From the NCBI GenBank assembly GCA_000004695.1, contig CM000151.3, positions 3,904,001 to 3,968,000 on the forward strand: 64,000 nucleotides of DNA, given 5' to 3'. The notes under the pieces were generated by a model. The model was not told the origin of the DNA and ran no database searches. It worked only from the letters and a program-made list of their open reading frames with translations. Below, in pieces: positions 1 through 12,582 of the stretch (within the stretch, counting starts at the first letter, position 1; each line of letters opens with the position of its first letter). Source of the DNA: Dictyostelium discoideum (taxonomy: Eukaryota). Position numbers and translations under genes: made by a program.

Positions 1-116
1 TTTTTTTTTTTTTTTTCAGACGACTGACTGTTCTTCAAACATTTCTTGAACAACCGATATTTTTTTTTCTTCAAAATGGATACAATTAATTAAAAAAAAA
101 AAAAAAAAAAAAATTA

Positions 117-149
<33 letters not shown>

Positions 150-160
150 TTAAAAATTTT

Positions 161-2570
161 TTATTTAAAATCAGTTTCCATTTTAATATTATTTTCATTA
201 TCTTGATTATTAATTTGATTTAAATTATTTCCAATTGGAGAAACTGATAAAATGATTCTTTTAATTGAATTTTCAATTTTTTGTTTTAAAATTTGATCTA
301 AAGATTCAACTGTTAAAGTTTCTAAATGAATGATTGCTTTTTGATTATCTAAATTAAAATGTAAAATTAATGGATCATTTTCATCTACTTTAAAATTACC
401 ATATTGTTGTTCCAATAATAATTTTACTTCTGTAATTGTATTTAATTTATTTGAAAGTTTTCTAGATTTTCTACTAACAACTTTTATTTGAATTTCATCA
501 TCATCATCATCGTCACCATCTTGTTGTTCTTTTTCTTTTTCTTTTTCTTTTTCAATATCATCTTTAGTAATTTCTTCTTTTTCATCAATATTATTAAAAT
601 TTGGATTTCTAACTTTAATACTTAATGGATTTAATTCAATTTGTGAGATTAAAGCAATGATCGAATCACAAATCATATCATTAACAGTATTTGAATTCCA
701 TTCTAATATAATTGAAACACCAATATTATAAATTAATTTAATTTCATTATAAATTGTAATTGTTGGTTTTTCATTACCACCACCACCAGTTGATTCCGTT
801 GATTCTATAATTTGTTCATAAATTTGTTCTAAAGTTGAAATTAAAATATGATAAGTTTGAGCAAAAGGTAAAGTGAGTTTTTGTTTGATTATGTTTGTTT
901 TTAAATTTGTATAATTATGAATATCTGAAGCTGAAAGTATATGATGAGTGAAATCTTTTGTAACTAAAATACCTTGAATGATATCATTTTGTTTTGGTGG
1001 ATTTGTAATGATTGAACCTAATGTTTTTGCAACTTTTTCAGGTCTAAACTCTAATGCTACACTCATTGCATTCTTTGGTGTTAAAACATTGATTGTTTTA
1101 AATTTAGCCACTAATGATTGACGTAAACGTGACATTTCATTCGCATCACCATGTACCAATACTACATGTGGTGGTTGAATCTCTTGAATGAATTCGCTGG
1201 TTTGTAAGAAATCTGAATGGGCACTAAATGAAACATAGCTAACCGTTAGATTCAAAGGTACATTAACATTATCGAGACGTGTGATTTCGGCAGGTTCAGA
1301 CATGATATGTTTGGCAAGGGTACCTTCAACACTATAACCCGGAATCACAATACCATTACGTTTATCAGAGCACCAACGTTCAAACAATTGTCTAGAGAGA
1401 CCACTTTGAAGCATACCAGGTGACGCCATAAACACACAGGGACCTCTATCATCGAACGATTCAATACCCTTGATATTCTTAATATGCTTGAATTCGAATG
1501 GATTCGATACATCGAATTGTGCTCTAACACGGTCATTCATCATATTGATATAGGTCCTATAGACACCCATACACTTCTTTGCCAACGCACTTGCATAGTA
1601 GATGGGGACATGATGCAATTGTGGATTTGCAATCCAATATTCATCGAGGATCAACAACAATTCTTGTGCCCTACCCAACGCAAACACTGGTATCAAACAT
1701 TTCCCATTACGTTCCACAACTTGATGAACTGATGACGTAAACCTTTTCTCTCTCTCTAGACGTGGTTCGTGCACTTGAACACCGTATGTCGACTCGATGA
1801 TCAATACATCCACTTTAACAGGCGGTGTCTCTGCTCCCATTAAATGTCTATCCTCTTGACGTGAAAAATCACCAGTGTAAAGTATCTTCACACCCGCTAT
1901 CTCTATCATAAACATTGCAGCACCCAACACATGTCCCGCATTAAAACATGTCACCTTTATACCATTATGTTCTACCTTTTGTCTATATCTAACCTTTTCA
2001 ATCTTTTCTAAACTACGATCTAAATCACTCTTATCAAACAACATATCATCATCTCTCGTTATATTTGATACTTTTACATAATCTGATAATAACATTCCAT
2101 AAATTGCTTTAGTTGGATGTGTCATAAATACTCTTCCTTTAAATTTAGTTTTACCAACAAAATATGGTACTGCTGCTGCATGATCTAAATGAAAACTAAA
2201 ATAAAAATTAATTATAATTAATAAATAAATATATTTATATATATATATATATATTTCTTATAAAATAAATTATTACTTACTGACTAACTAATAATAAATC
2301 AATATCAGGTATATCAGATTCAATTGAATCAAAAAATGGTAATGAAACTAAACCAGAATAAGCTGGATGAACACCACAATCAAACATCACTTTTTTACCT
2401 TTATATTTTAATAATACACATGATCTTCCTACTTCACTACCACTACCAATTGGGGTAATCTCTAAAATGTCATCATCCTCTGTACCACCTTTCAATGGTC
2501 TCTTTAAATGTTGATTATGGTGATGTTGATATCTACCATGATGTCCATGATGATGGTTATTATGATGCAT
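161..2570 (-). CDS. cpsf3: Cleavage and polyadenylation specificity factor 73 kDa subunit (CPSF3, metallo-beta-lactamase/beta-CASP endonuclease); 2 exons, about 774 aa
   Basis: Minus-strand ORFs 2277..2570 and 161..2125 are joined by an 85-nt intron (donor GTAAGT at 2280-2279, acceptor TTTTAG at 2197-2196). Exons are 2281..2570 and 161..2195. The splice gives ...DIDLLLVS|HFHLDHAAAVPYF, the MBL HxHxDH motif. The N-terminus LEITPIGSGSEVGRSCVLLKYKGKKVMFDCG, then VTCFNAGHVLGAAMF and SFSAHSDF, match CPSF73. There is a His-rich N-terminal extension. Confidence 0.9.
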
Positions 2571-2652
2571 TATTTATAAAAATGTTTTTATTTATTTGTT
2601 TTTATTCGTTTTTGTGTATATATGTGTGTTGTTTACATAATTTGAAATGAAA

Positions 2653-2722
<70 letters not shown>

Positions 2723-3671
2723 GGGAGATCTCCCAAATAATTTATTTTTATTTTTTTATTTTTTTTTTTTTAATTCAAGAATTTAAAACAAAGAGACCCA
2801 TAATCTAATATTTTTATTTTATTTTATTTTATTTTTTTAACTAATTGATATAACGATCTATTTCCACTTCTTTGAAAAATTATAAAGTGATGACTTAATT
2901 AATAAATAATTTTTTCCTAAAAAAAAAAAAAATTAATTAAATAATTTCTATTTTCACATTCCTTTTTTGAGACTAAATATAAAAATAGAAATCAACCAGA
3001 TGTACCAAATGAATATTCAAATAATTCAATTATTTAAATTAATGAATTGTTTACTCCAGATTTTATATTGCCAAATAATTTACCTCATTAAATAGCAAAT
3101 TGTCCTGTTTGGTTAATTTGGTTGGTCAATTATAAAGTTACAAAATATTAAATATAAAAAAAAAAAAAAAAATAGTGAATTTTCCCTATTTAGTTATTAC
3201 CAGTTTTATAAATCAGTAAGATATTTTTATTTTTAACACACCAAAGTTATTTCTTTTTTTTTTAGGGAGTTATTTTTCCTTTTTCTGTTTTTTTTTTTTT
3301 TTTTTTTTTTCCTGCGACAACCCCATTTGCATAAAATTTATTTTAAATTGTTAACTTTTTTATTTATTCCTTTTTGAGACCGAATCCGAAAAAAAAAAAA
3401 AAAAAAAAAGAGGCTAGATATTTTAAAACAAAATTGAAAAGGAAATAATAATTTATTAATAAACCAACAAAAAATATAATAATGGAGTATTGGCTATATT
3501 TTAAATTCACTAAAATCTTAAATTCTTAAAGTATAATTCATTTTACAATGGTTGTTGAACAATTAAATTACATATGATAAATTTACTGCTATAAATAAAA
3601 AAAAATAAAAAATAAAAAATAACAATAATTAAAATAAATTTAAAAACTTTAAAAACTATAAAATATTAAAA

Positions 3672-3741
3672 ATGACAATAATCAGTAGGTCAAATAAATT
3701 AATAATAATAAAAAAATTAATAAAATAAAATTAACTAATTT

Positions 3742-3796
<55 letters not shown>

Positions 3797-3998
3797 ATAA
3801 TCAGACTCAATTTCTTCATTAGGAAAAATCTCAAATAAAAATAAAAGCCAAAATAATTTAAATGGTATTAACAATTCAAATAGTTCTTCAAATATCCAAG
3901 GATCAAATCAAAACACAGGAATAGTTAGTGGCTTATTAGAAATAGTTCGTGGAGTTGTTCTTGCCCTTGGTGTAGTTGTTGGTGCAATAGGATTGTAA
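3672..3998 (+). CDS. Candidate small (about 69 aa) protein with C-terminal hydrophobic helix (tail-anchor-like); speculative 2-exon model
   Basis: A 64-codon open frame 3805..3998 ends ...[26 protein letters not shown] and has clearly less AT-rich, codon-like composition than its surroundings. There is no in-frame ATG after the acceptor AATCAG at 3803-3804. Possible exon 1 is ATGACAATAATCA (3672..3684) with a GTAGGT donor (phase 1), and the intron contains a T49 run. This is a model only; the exon could also be the 3' exon of an undetected gene. Confidence 0.25.
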
Positions 3999-4529
3999 AA
4001 AGAATTTTAAAAATTAATTAATATTCTTTGGATTTTTTTTTTTTAAAATTAAATAAAATACTATAGTTTTATTTATTTATTTTTATTTTATATATATTTT
4101 TATTTTTTAATCATTTTAAAAAATTAAATTTAAATCAACTAATGGATTTACAACCATTTGAGAATCTAATATTTGAACCCTTGATTTTGATATTTTTTGA
4201 TATTTTTTTGATTGAAAAAAAAAAAAAAAAAAAATTAAAAAAACAGAAGGGTTTCATTCATTATTTTTTTTATTTAATATGAATTTGTGTATTTTTGAAT
4301 ATTCTATTTTTATATACTATATTCATATTAAAAAAATAAATAAAATTAAACCATTGTTAAAAAAAAATCAAATATAAAATTAAAAAAAAAAAAAAAAAAA
4401 TGAAAATTTGAATGTTTTTGTCAGTTATTAATCTATTTTTATTTTTATTTTTATTTTTTTTTAATTTTTTTTAATTTTTTTTTTTTTTTAATAATAGACC
4501 ACCCCAAAATACTAATAATATCAAAGATG

Positions 4530-5418
4530 AATGGTGCAGATATTTCATTAATCGTTTTAGCAGGTTTTGTTGGATTTATTGTGTTAATAATTATATTGAA
4601 TCTTTTTTCAAAGATCTTTATAGTTGAAAAAGGCACATGTGTCATTGTAGAAAGAGTAATTAATATACCCCTTCATTTCAAATTTTGTTAAATCAAGTTA
4701 ATATTAATATTAATATTAACAATCATTCCTTTATTTATTTTATAAACATAACTCAACATAACAATCAATAGTTTGGTAAATTTCACAAGAAATGTGATGC
4801 AGGTATTCATGTATTAGTACCATTCATTGATGAAATTAAACCATTACTTTGGAGATATACAACAACTTATTATGATTCAAATATTTATACAACAGGTAAA
4901 CAAAATTATAAAGTAACTCAAAAATTAATGTATAAAATTGATACAAGAGAGTCATTAATGGATTTTCCTGTATGTATATATATATATTAATGATATAGAT
5001 AGAATTTCAAATTTTCAATATATTAATAGTGTGTATATATATATACTATTTTTTACAGTTACAATCAATTATTACACGTGATAATGTAAAGATTAAAGTA
5101 CATCCAATGTTACTATATCGTATTGTTGATCCGATTAGAGCAGTTTATGAAGTTTATGATTTAGCATTATGTGTAGAGAAATTGGTTCAAACATCACTAA
5201 GATCAATCATTGGTGATATGGGTTTAGATGATACTTTAGCCTCAAGAGAGGAAATTAATAAAACATTAATGTTAAAGATTAGTAGTATCTTTTTAAATTT
5301 TGGTTTTAAATTAGAAAAAGTTGAAATTTTAGAAATTTTACCTTCACAATCAATTCAAGTAAGTTTTAAACTATATATATATGTATATACTCTCTCATTC
5401 ATTTTAATTAATATGTAT

Positions 5419-5490
<72 letters not shown>

Positions 5491-5865
5491 TAGGATGCAT
5501 TACATTTACAAATTTCATCAGAACGTGTACGTAGAGCAAATGTAATTTCAGCAGAAGGTTTTAGAGAACAAACTAAAACAGAAGCAGAAGGTGATTGTCA
5601 AGCTCAAATTTCATTATCAAGAGGAAGACAACAAGTTTTAATTATATCTGCAAGAGCAGAGGCTGAATCAAAGATTATTGAAGCACAAGCTGAAGCTGAT
5701 TCAATTAAAATCATTGGTGATGCTTTAAAAGAATTTAACATTGAACCAACTCAATATATAATTGGTACTAAATATATAACTACTTTAATTTCTATGGCTA
5801 AAAAATCAAAATCTGTTAATATTGGTTTACCTTATTCTTCTCAAATTTTAGGTTCTGTTAAAAAG

Positions 5866-5871
<6 letters not shown>
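4530..5871 (+). CDS. SPFH/Band 7 (stomatin/HflC-like) family protein; 4 exons, 333 aa
   Basis: Exons are 4530..4655, 4772..4969, 5059..5358 and 5494..5871, with GTAATT/GTATGT/GTAAGT donors and AG acceptors, all phase 0. The product is MNGADISLIVLAGFVGFIVL (TM anchor)...VIVERFGKFHKKCDAGIHVLVPFID...RESLMDFPLQSIITRDNVKIKVHPMLLYRIVDPIRAVYEVYDLALCVEKLVQTSLRSIIGDMGLDDTLASREEINKT...ERVRRANVISAEGFREQTKTEAEGD, which is the SPFH signature. Intron 3 carries a (TA)31 microsatellite. Confidence 0.8.
5425..5486. repeat. (TA)31 dinucleotide microsatellite inside intron 3 of the SPFH gene
   Basis: Direct reading: tatatata... from 5425 to 5486. Confidence 0.95.
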
Positions 5872-5904
<33 letters not shown>

Positions 5905-6274
5905 ATTTTTGATATATATATAACAAGAATAATTTGTAAATTATATTCACAATAAAAAAAAAGAAAGGAGAAGAAAGAAAGAAAGAAACAAGTAGTAACT
6001 TTTTTTATTTTTATAATAATAATAATAATTTCGAAATTATTAAATTTTATTTATTTTTTTTTTCATTGGCACAACAAATAAGCAAGCAATCAAGGACTTT
6101 TAAAAAAAGAAATGGGGTCTTGTAAAGAAAAAAGTATGGTGTAAATTAAATGTTTTTTCATTTATATTATATTGTATTTTAAATGATGGTGAATTATTAT
6201 TTAAAGTACTTGTATTATTATTATTGTTTTCGGATATTATTGAAATATTAATTATTGATTCTATAAAAAAATAC

Positions 6275-6316
<42 letters not shown>

Positions 6317-6930
6317 AAAAAGAAAAAAGAAAAAAGTTAATTTAAAAATATCTATTTGTGATTAATTATTTTTTTATTTATTTTATTTACTAACTTGATA
6401 ACATTTTTGTTATAAGCTTTTTAAAAGTTCTTTTTTAGTTTTTTTTTTTTTTTTTTTTTTACTTGGGATTCTTTATTTTATTTAATTTTTTAAATTTGAA
6501 TTACCTGTTTTATTTTTTTTATTTTTTTTATTTTTTTTTTATAAAAATATAAAAATTATTTTTTGATAAAGAGCCATTTTTAAAAAATCAATTATATTTT
6601 TTGGTAAAAGATTTTTGTAATGATTTCTTTTATTTGACCATTATAAGATTTTTTTTTTTTTTTTTTTTTTTTGTTGTGAATTTAATTTTTTTTTATTTTT
6701 TTTTTATTTATATATAGATAATTTAAATGATGTCTTCAAACTGATCAATATTTTGATTTGTCAGATAATTTTTAATGATCACTTTTGATTTTATTATGAT
6801 AATTAATTGTTGAAATGCACATTTATTTTTTTTTATTTGCTAGCAAAAATTTTAAAATAAAAATAATAGAGTTTAAAATATTAAATTAAGGAGGATTATA
6901 TTTTTAAATAATTTCTGTTATAATTTTTAC

Positions 6931-6961
<31 letters not shown>

Positions 6962-7401
6962 TAGATTTTTTTGATCAAATTATATTATATATTAATATAT
7001 ATTTATTTTATTATATGGATCAAAATAAATTAATTTAGATTACCACTAATTTTATTCAAAATCTCTAAATCTATGTGGGTTTTATATTCATTTAAATAAA
7101 AGTAAACACACAAAAATAAAAATAAAAATATGGGGGAAATTTAAAATAATAATTATATTTTATTTATTTTTTTATTTTATAATATATTTATTATATTTAT
7201 TTAAATTTGTCTTTTTTTACTTTTTTTAAAAAAAAATTGGATTTGAGGGTGGTTTTATATAAATAAAAAAGATCATTATTATTATTACTTTTTTTTATTT
7301 ATTTATCTATAAATTTTATTTTATTTTATTTTATTTTAATTTAATTTGTTTTTGACCCAAACCCCCAATTATTTTTTGTAGTTTTGTGACTGATGTTGGT
7401 G

Positions 7402-10055
7402 TTATGTTGATGGTGTTAGTGGTTTAACTGAAAATAAATTTGGAATTCCACCAATAAATCCGCTCTTTTCTGATGGTTGTTGGTTTGTTGAGGTTGTTGT
7501 CGATCTAGTGGAAATTCCACTAAGGAATCCACTTGGTTTTGGTGTTTCATTAGCATTTGTTGTAGATATTGCTGGTGATGTTGTAGAAGGTTTTTTAGTT
7601 ACTGTAGGTGGTAAAGTTGGTTTTATATTTGAAAATTCACCGATGTATCCACTTTTTTCAGTGGTTTGCGTAATACCTCCAATCAATCCACCAAATGGAG
7701 CATTTCCAGTTGTTGAGGTTGATTGGGTATTTGAGGTTGGTATAAAACCTATTAAACCTGGCAATAGATTGGATGGCGGAGGAGTAGAATGCGTTTGAGT
7801 TGGGGTTGGTGTTTGAGTTTGAGTTTGAGTTGGTGTTTGAGTTTGAGTTGGTGTTGGTGTTTGAGTTTGAGTTGGAGTTTGTGTTTGAGTTTGTATTGGT
7901 TTTGGAGTTTGAGTTTGTGTTGGAGTTTGTGTTTGGGTTTGAGTTGGTGTTGGTGTTTTAGTTTGAGTTGGTTTTGGAGTTTGGGTTTGTGTTGGAGTTT
8001 GTGTTTGAGTTTGAGTTGGTGTTGATGTTTGAGTTTGAGTTGGTGTTTGTGTTTGAGTTTGTGTTTGTGTTTGTGTTTGTGTTGGTGTTTGTGTTGGTGT
8101 TTGTGTTTGAGTTTGTGTTTGTGTTGGTTTTGGAGTTTGTGTTTGTGTTGGAGTTTGTGTTTGTGTTGAATTTTGTGTTTGTGTTTGTGTTTGTGTTTGT
8201 GTTTGTGTTTGTGTTGGTGTTGGTGTTGGTGTGTGGGTTTGTGTTGGTGTTGGAGTTGGAGTTTGTGTTGGAGTTGGAGTTTGTGTTGGAGTCGGAGTTT
8301 GGGTTGGTGTTGGTGTTGGAGTTTGAGTTGTTGGTGTTTGTGTTGGTGTTTGCGTTGGAGTTTGTGTTGGTGTTGGTGTTTGAGTTGATGTTTGTGTTGG
8401 TGTCGAGGTTGGTGTATTGATTCCACCTAAAAAGCCTCCAAAGAAACCAGATGCTTTTGTTGGTGTTGGTGTTGGTGTTGTTGATATTGATGTTGGTGTT
8501 GTTGATATTGATGTTGGTGTTGAGGATGGTGCATTGATACCACCAAAAATGCCTCATAAGAAACCAGATGCTTTTGTTGGTGTTGGTGTTGGTGTTTGAG
8601 TTTGAGTTGGTGTTGGTGTTAGTGTTGGTGTTATTGTTGGGGTTTGAGTTGGGGTTGGTGTTAGTGTTGGTGTTGGTGTTAGGGTTTGAGTTTGTGTTGG
8701 TGTTGGTGCTATTGTTATTGTTGGGGTTTGAGTTTGTCTTTGAGTTTGTGTAGGTGTTGGTGTTTGAGTTGGTGTTGGTGTTGGTGTTTGTGTTTGGGTT
8801 GGTGTTGGTGTATTGTAACCTCCAAAATAGCCTCATAAGAAACCAGATGCTTTAGTTGGAGTGGGTGTTGGTGTTTGTGATTGGGTGGCTGTAGTTGTAG
8901 TTGTAGGTGTTGGTGTTGGTGTAGGTGTATTGTAGCCACCGAAATAGCCTCCTAAAAAACCAGATTCTTTAGTTGGAGTGGGTGTTGGTGTTTGTGATTG
9001 AGTGGGTGTAGTTGTAGGTGTTGGTGTAGGTAGTGGTTGGGTTGGTGAAGGTGTTTGAATAGGTTGTGTTGTACCAGTTGTTGAACCACCAAATAAACCA
9101 CCCAAGAAACTAGATACTGGTTTTTGAGTTGGATTTGGGGTTGGAGTTGAGGTTGGGGTTGGAGTTGATGAAAGTGTTTGTGCGGGTGTTGGTGTTGATC
9201 CACCACCACCTATAAATCCACCTAAAAAACCACTTGATGGTTTCGATGTTGGAGTTGGAGTTAAAGATGGTGTTACACCACCATTTGTACTTCCACCACT
9301 TATGAAACCACCAATGAAACCAGTACCACCACCATTTGGTTGGGTAGGTACAGGGGTTTGAGTTTTAAAACCACCACTACCTCCACCTAATAAACCACCT
9401 AACAAACCTGAAGATCCGCCACCTAATAAAGCACCACCAATTAAATGTGGGATATTATCAACTCCAATTAAACCAGAAGTTGATGTAACACGTGGACATA
9501 ATAATTTTGCTTCAATGATTGCACCAAATAAACCACTAAATAAATTTGATAGACCAAATATTGATTTTTGTACTCTTTCATCCATATTATCTTGATCCAT
9601 AATAATTATACCTTTATTAACTGGAATCCCATCTTTATTAAACAATTCAGGATAACAAAAGTTTCTATATTTTGAACATAATGAAGTAATCTTTACATCA
9701 ATATTATCAACTAAATAGTTTAAATCATAATTTTGATCTGTTAAATAATTTTTAATTCTTGATATAAAATATTTTTGTTTTTCATCTTCATTTAATTTAT
9801 TAAATAATTTTAAAGATACATCATTTTTATCATTCTAAAAATGGAAAATTAAAAATAAAAAAAAATAAAAATTAGAAAAATAATATTAAAAAAAATCTAT
9901 AAGATCCTTATAATAATTACTCTTAAATCAACTATAAATTTATTTCTGTTTATTTCATCAACTTCACTTTCTTCTTGATAGATTTCATTTGCATTAGAAT
10001 TTCCCATAAAAAATATAAAAATAAAAAGTATTACAATTATTTTTAATATTTTCAT
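7402..10055 (-). CDS. Secreted Thr/Pro-rich mucin-like repeat protein (paralogue C of a 3-gene cluster) with two in-frame TGA codons; possible pseudogene or strain polymorphism; 2 exons, about 855 codons
   Basis: Exon 1 is 9921..10055: signal peptide [22 protein letters not shown]...VDLR, donor GTAATT. The intron is 9835..9920. Exon 2 is 7402..9834 in a single frame (coordinate mod 3 = 1). ORFs 8833..9645 and 7402..7764 are parts of that frame, and the 1-kb stretch between them has no Met and so is absent from the track. The frame encodes NDKNDV...CSKYRNFC...[12 protein letters not shown], then about 7 xSGF[LF]GG[YFL][FI]GG motifs separated by (PT)n spacers, then 630 nt of (GTTTGA/GTTGGT)n hexamer coding TQTQTPTPT.... 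TGA codons at 8833-8835 and 8554-8556 both lie in the identical context GGTTTCTTATGAGGC (SGFL*G), where intact units have TTAGGAGGC. Confidence 0.6.
7790..8420. repeat. Imperfect hexanucleotide array (GTTTGA/GTTGGT/GTTTGT)n, about 630 bp, coding Thr/Gln/Pro repeats of the mucin-like gene; all three reverse frames are open
   Basis: Visible periodicity gtttgagtttgagttggtgtt.... This explains track ORFs 7958..8836 (TNTN...), 7752..8426 (HKHQ...) and the plus-strand ORFs 7789..8025, 7968..8420 and 8173..8388 as repeat artefacts. Confidence 0.9.
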
Positions 10056-10879
10056 TTTTTTTATTTTTTTTTTTTATTTTTGAAAACAAAAGATAGAATA
10101 TTAAAAAATATAATTAAAATTTAAAAAAAATTTATAATTAATAATTAAGTTTGAAATAAAATATAAAAAAAAATATGAAAAAAAAAAAATATCAGGATTT
10201 ATATATAAAAAACAATTATATATTTTAAATATATAAATTATTAATTCAATGTTTTTTTTAGTTTAATATTGTTCAATATTCAAACAAATAATTTCATTGA
10301 GCCCATTTATTATTATTAGTATGCTATATACTATGGTGATAACCATTAATGAAAAATAAAAATAAAAATAAAAATAAAAATAAAAATAAAAATAAAAATG
10401 TATAAAAACAGTTAACACAGTAAGAAACTGGGGGTAAACAATTTTCAACAATATAAATAGAAATTATTTGTATGTTAATCATTGGTCAATAACCCCCAAG
10501 TTGAACATTTATTTGTAAAATGGATTTTTCGATTTTTTTTAAAATTTTCATTAAAATCTACTTCTATATGGGTATTATATGGGTATATGGATACAATAAA
10601 AATACAAGTAATTATAATTTCAATAAAAAAAAGAAAAAAAAAAAAAAAAAAAAAAAATCTTCAGATTTTAACCATATAAACATTATGAAATTATTAAATA
10701 AAATGAAAAAATTAGATGTAAAAAAAAATTATAAATTACCTTATTTGTTTATTTTTTTAGTAGAAAAAGATAATAAAAAAAAAAAAAAAATAAAAAAAAA
10801 AAATTAAAAAAAAAAAAAATTAAAATAAGGTATATACTAAAGGAAATTGTTAATTTTAAAAATTTTTATTTATTTAATT

Positions 10880-12187
10880 TTATTTTTTTGAAAGTGCTGG
10901 TGAAACTTTTGAAAGATTATTTTCAATTTCAATATTATCAATTTGGTTATTATTTTCAACCTTTTTATCTTGTTGATGTTGTTGATTATACTTTTGAGTG
11001 AATAAATCAACGATATTTAAGAATTGGTCAAAGTAACTTGCATAATCTGATAAAGTACTCTCAGATTTTGGTGAATTTGTTTGAACAACTGGTGGTGATT
11101 GAGTATTTGGTTGTTGTGGTTGTGGTGGTTGTGGTGGTGGTAATGTTGGAGCAGGAGTTGGTTTTTTAGTTTGAGGTGGTTGTTCAGTTTGAGGTGGTTT
11201 TGTTTTAACAACTGGAATAGATGGTTGTGGTTGTGTTTGAACTGGAATATCTGGAATCTCATTTAAAATTGGTACAAGTTCATCAAATTCCTCTTGATTT
11301 TCTTCATTTTGTTGTCTTTCCAATTGTTGTTGAAGTGCCAATGCAGCCAAACGTGCTTTTTCCTCCATTTCACGTCTATGTTGAGATTCCCTATAATCTC
11401 TCTCCATTTGAAGTTGTGCTTCAAGTTGAGCTTGTCTATCTTGTGAAGTTGGATTTTGATTTTGATTTTGATTTTGATTTTGATTTTGATTTTGATTTGA
11501 AATTTGATTTTGATTTGAAATTTGATTTTGATTTGGAATTGGTTGATTTTGTTGATACTGTTGGAAATTTTGAGCGATTGGTGCATTTTGTCTATTGTCT
11601 GGTTCATTTTGAGTATTTATTGAAGCGGCTATTGGTGGTCCATTTGTACCACCTATTAAACCACCTAATAAATTTAAACTAATTAATAATCTTTCCAATT
11701 TCTTATTGGTTTCAGCAGAGAATTTAAAATCATTTGATTTAATATTATCTTGAATTAATTTTACAATTTCATCAGATTTTGATTGTAATATTACTTTTGC
11801 TGTTGATAATAAATTTTCAGGTAATTGATTATTATAAATTGAACATTTCTCTGGTTTATAACTACATGCATATGTTATTACACTAACTAATTGATTTTGA
11901 TTTAAATTATATTTATTTGCATATTCTTGAATTTGTCCAATAACTTTTTCAATTACAAATGATTTAGCATCATTTTCATTATTTTTAATTTCCTAAATAA
12001 AAATGAATAATAAACAAAAAATAAAAAAATAAAAAATAAAAATAAAAAATTTGTTTAGAAAAAAAAAAATAAAAAAAATTATAAAAAAATAAAAAAAATT
12101 AAAAAAAGTAGTTATAGTTACTTCAGATAAAACCAATGAATATAATAAAGATAATATTAAAATAAATAATATTTTCTTAAACACCAT
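10880..12187 (-). CDS. Secreted Gln/Asn/Pro-rich protein (paralogue A of cluster); 2 exons, 392 aa
   Basis: Exon 1 is 12122..12187: MVFKKILFILILSLLYSLVLSE, a signal peptide of 22 codons. The intron is 11995..12121 (GTAACT...TTATTTAG). Exon 2 is 10880..11992, phase 0: EIKNNENDAKS...VITYACSYKPEKCSIY...LERLLISLNLLGGLIGGTNGPP...(QNQ)n coded by (GATTTT)n...coiled EAQLQMERDYRESQHRREMEEKARLAAL...Pro-rich tail. The CS-x5-C and LLGGLxGG motifs are shared with gene C. Confidence 0.6.
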
Positions 12188-12547
12188 TTTTATGAAATTT
12201 AATATAAATGAATAAAAAAAAAAAAAATTAATAAATATGATTTCTTAAATAATATAAAAAAAATAATATTATAAAATTTATTTTTTAAATAAAAAAATAA
12301 AAAAAAAAAAATTAATTTCAATAAAATAAAATTAAATGATTATAATATTAATATAATAAAATTATGACCTTGTACCATTAAAGGCATTGTATCCATTAAT
12401 ATTAATACTTACTTTTTTTTTTATTTTTTTTTTATTTTTTTTTTATTTTTTTACAACTTTTCTTTTATTTGCAATAATTTATTTTACCCCAAAACCAAAT
12501 ACTATTGAAGGTGGTGTATATATTGTTGTTATAGATCTTAATTGTAG

Positions 12548-12582
<35 letters not shown>

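Noticed and set aside
7752-8836. Track ORFs 7958..8836 (TNTNTN..), 7752..8426 (HKHQHK..), and plus-strand 7789..8025, 7968..8420, 8173..8388, 8417..8599, 8568..8753 as separate genes
   Set aside because: All are alternate frames or the opposite strand of the same hexanucleotide/PT repeat, in which every frame is open. Only the frame continuous with the signal-peptide exon and the N-terminal domain (coordinate mod 3 = 1, minus strand) is biologically coherent.
10482-10807. ORFs 10482..10679 and 10520..10807 (poly-Lys), 4451..4645, 12387..12587, 14004..14198, 15532..15807, 21177..21407, 34333..34662, 36415..36684, 39148..39465, 45334..45531, 53072..53338, 61540..61827, 63793..63984
   Set aside because: Products of A-runs/T-runs or (AAT)n read in frame (poly-K/F/I/N), or the antisense/alternate frames of real genes. 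None has a domain or codon-like composition.
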